DNA from: a virus | DNA: 64,000 bases | Direction: 5' to 3' (one strand) | Virus record (IMG/VR): IMGVR_UViG_3300025030_000080 | Location: 1-64,000 of that record | Part shown: piece by piece, positions 61,480-64,000 of the stretch | How positions within the stretch are numbered: position 1 is the first letter of the stretch | How the letters are laid out: every line of letters starts with the position of its first letter | Translations under genes and position numbers: made by a program | Notes under the pieces: model-generated | Database searches by the model: none | Seen by the model: only the letters and a program-made list of their open reading frames with translations | Told to the model about the DNA's origin: nothing

Positions 61480-63520
61480 TATTTTTCTCCTTCATAAACT
61501 GGTAAATAGTTACTCCACTTTTTTCTTTCCACCCTAATCGTCGGGCGTGGGATCTTACACACCCCTGGGTACAGTATCCAGCAATCTCCGTACTGGAATC
61601 CCTAAAGTTATATTGAAATCCACAACCTTTACAAGTATTCGTTGGATGTTCAAGCATGGCTACCTCCCCTCTTCATCGGTTTCTGATTTCCAATCTTATG
61701 TAAACCACATCTAAATACGGGATCCAGTGTAGTGGTATACCATTCCCCTCGGTACTTGAATGCCCACTGATCAGCCCCCGGAGACACTGGCCTACCTGTA
61801 CGAGTTACAACCTCCTTCAGTTCCCCATTCTCACCGTAAATGGCGATGGGCATATTTTCTAATCTTGTTGGTTCATTCCATTCCCCCTTGGTAACCAAAC
61901 GGGATTTTGGTAGGGAAACTTTGAATTTCTTTTCCGGTTGGCCGTAAATCTTAGGAACAGCGATTTCTGGCATGAAGGCCCCCTTTATTAAGATTTGAAT
62001 TCATATACTTCTACAATTTCAGAACTATTGTATTCTACTTCACTAAAAGGAAAACCATTGTTTTCAAATTTTTCTCTCGCTTCTATTTCAGAATTTGCTT
62101 CTACCTCAACGCTTTTCCTTTCATCCCAAACAATGGTAAATTTCATTATTTTTCTCCTTTGATAATATTTTTCATATCCTTAGCATAATCAGGCATTTCC
62201 TTTTCCAATTCTGCAGTAGCGTCCCTATACCTACATTTATGGCCATCTGACCATGGTAGTCCCGTTGGATACTCTATGGACATAACTTCCATTCCACAAT
62301 TGGGGTCGGTACATTTCCACCATTTATATTCTTTTGTCATATATTCCCTTCTTTGCGTCAGATATGGTATCTTTGATAGATTCTATTAATTCTTTATCTT
62401 GGTTTGGGTACACGTCCGTCTCTATACGATGCAAAGCATCTTCAAGTAATTTCAACATCGTTGGAGCCTCTTTAATCAAATTGGAATACTTATCAAAAAG
62501 TGGATTTCTCTTGTTTCCCTCTTCATAGGGTTGAAAACTAACTTTAGCAATTCTTTCTCCCTTGTTATCATTAATTCCATGTCCGTCAAATCTCCAAGGG
62601 GCATTATATTCATTACTCATTTTTTCTCTCCCTTTTCAGGGGCGTCGCACCCCTTGGCCGATTCCTCATCAGCAGAATACTTTCTGAATTGACTCATTTT
62701 GAACGTAGTTATTTCAACTTTATACCAAATAAATATAGAGAATGCTTCATCGCATCCACCAATTTCATTATCACAACGAACTATTTTTGTTTCCCCGTGG
62801 TCTCCCCCTACCCTTTGTTCTACCCCACAATATGGGCATTCTATTTTTTTGTATAAAATAGTCATGATTTTTCCTCCACATTACAGGCTGAACAAGGGCA
62901 ATCGGATGTTAGAATGATTGTTCCATCCTTTACAAAACCTTCCCAACATTCCGGGCAAAGAGTTTGGTCAGCCCTAGTTTCACTTTGATATTTTTCAACG
63001 TAATGCATATAATTATAATCTTGAGTTTTCTTCCCACACTCATCACATTCAAATTCTGGAATTCCTGGATCATTCAAATTAGTAGGCATTTATTTATCCT
63101 CCTTGTTTTTAATTGGGCAACATAATGCTATTGCTTCTCCGCTTACAAACATTTCATTTTGTTGGGGGTCAGTTTTTACTTCCATTTCCATTCTACATAT
63201 AACGCAAACAGAAATTTGCCAAGTAATTCTACCTTGGAATCTATCCATTATATGCCCCCGAAACTTTGCGGCTTCTCTTGCATAAGTTCGGAGGGTAGAT
63301 ATTTTCATTTATTCTCCTTTTGAATATGATGGTCAGGAGCAACCCTATCTCCCAAAAAGTTGTTATCCATTCTGTTGATAATATCTTCATTACTTTCTTG
63401 AACGAAAGGAACATTATCAGTAACCCATACTCCTTGCATAGTTTGTTCCTCTTTGGATTCCTCATATTCCCCACATCCTAACAACATAGGTATGACGATT
63501 AACAATGTTAATTTTTTCAT
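61472..63520 (-). other. array of small hypothetical genes
   Basis: Coupled minus-strand ORFs, many with CxxC; 63305-63520 has a lipoprotein-like signal (LLGC). Confidence 0.5.
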
Positions 63521-64000
63521 ATTCCCTCCCCCTTGAAATTCTTTTGTTCATGATAATGATCTATCACTGATTTGGCTTCCCCTAAAGCATTCTTTTCAGG
63601 ATCTCCGTAGAATCCCCAGCAAGAATCTACGTGTTCCCCATCTTTTTCAATTACATACCCATAAATATTTCCTGTTAGATAGTTATCATATTCTTCTACT
63701 TCTGCTTTCAATTGTTTAAGTACTTCATTAATTAATTTTTTGGTAATACGTTTAGCATTAAAATTCTTTTTAATATCTTCATATCTAACAAAGATATATC
63801 CTACTTGGCCAGAATCCCATGGGCAACTAAATCCGGTAGTATTCATAGTAATTCCAGAATGATCGTACAAGTAGAGTGGTAGGGAAAGTACGTCTTTTCT
63901 CTTGATCAAATCTTCTATTTCTTGAATACAATATCCGTGTCGATCTCCCAACTGATACTTACGATGCCAACAATACATGGCACCAAGATTGTCCCATTCC
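63517..64000 (-). CDS. conserved hypothetical protein (5' end outside the window)
   Basis: LPLYLYDHSGITM...WDSGQVG...DSCWGFYG; frame stays open to the window edge. Confidence 0.7.
   Translation of the reverse strand, partial: EWDNLGAMYCWHRKYQLGDRHGYCIQEIEDLIKRKDVLSLPLYLYDHSGITMNTTGFSCPWDSGQVGYIFVRYEDIKKNFNAKRITKKLINEVLKQLKAEVEEYDNYLTGNIYGYVIEKDGEHVDSCWGFYGDPEKNALGEAKSVIDHYHEQKNFKGEGI

Noticed and set aside
160-63285. Numerous plus-strand ORFs in the ORF track (e.g. 3300-3737, 28357-28647, 6492-6872)
   Set aside because: They are antisense shadows of well-supported minus-strand genes and have no recognisable motifs
1-64000. Stop-codon reassignment
   Set aside because: Core genes are full length under the standard code and end in TAA, TGA or TAG; no suppressor tRNA seen

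Overview
This is a 64-kb, AT-rich, gene-dense segment of a large dsDNA phage genome, with essentially all real genes on the minus strand. Bases 1-35k hold a replication/recombination module: RuvC, RecA/UvsX, 5'-3' exonuclease, gp32-like SSB, UvsY, DnaX-like clamp loader, UDG-PolA fusion, beta-clamp, ThyX, initiator with iteron-like repeats, DnaB and primase. Interleaved with it is an unusual enzyme set: three radical SAM proteins, a UDP-glucuronate decarboxylase, DUF362, DUF2284, a DUF2156-like aminoacyl transferase, an ACP fusion and an HhH glycosylase-like protein. Bases 35k-64k are mostly small accessory genes plus UvsW-like and Hel308-like helicases, a sigma-like factor, ArdC and two tRNAs. 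There are three inteins and three GIY-YIG genes (one degenerate). The most notable observations are: (1) a DUF559/Vsr-like endonuclease gene hidden in the +1 frame inside the DnaX intein, with its own promoter-like and RBS signals; (2) two non-cloverleaf structured RNAs sharing a GGU.../...ACC-ACCA acceptor-like end, in a genome that also encodes a protein resembling aa-tRNA-dependent transferases; (3) a candidate clamp-coupled DNA-modification enzyme cluster, one gene of which is frameshifted by an 11-bp tandem duplication; (4) a recurrent phage-specific promoter motif. All family assignments come from motif recognition by eye; no searches were run.
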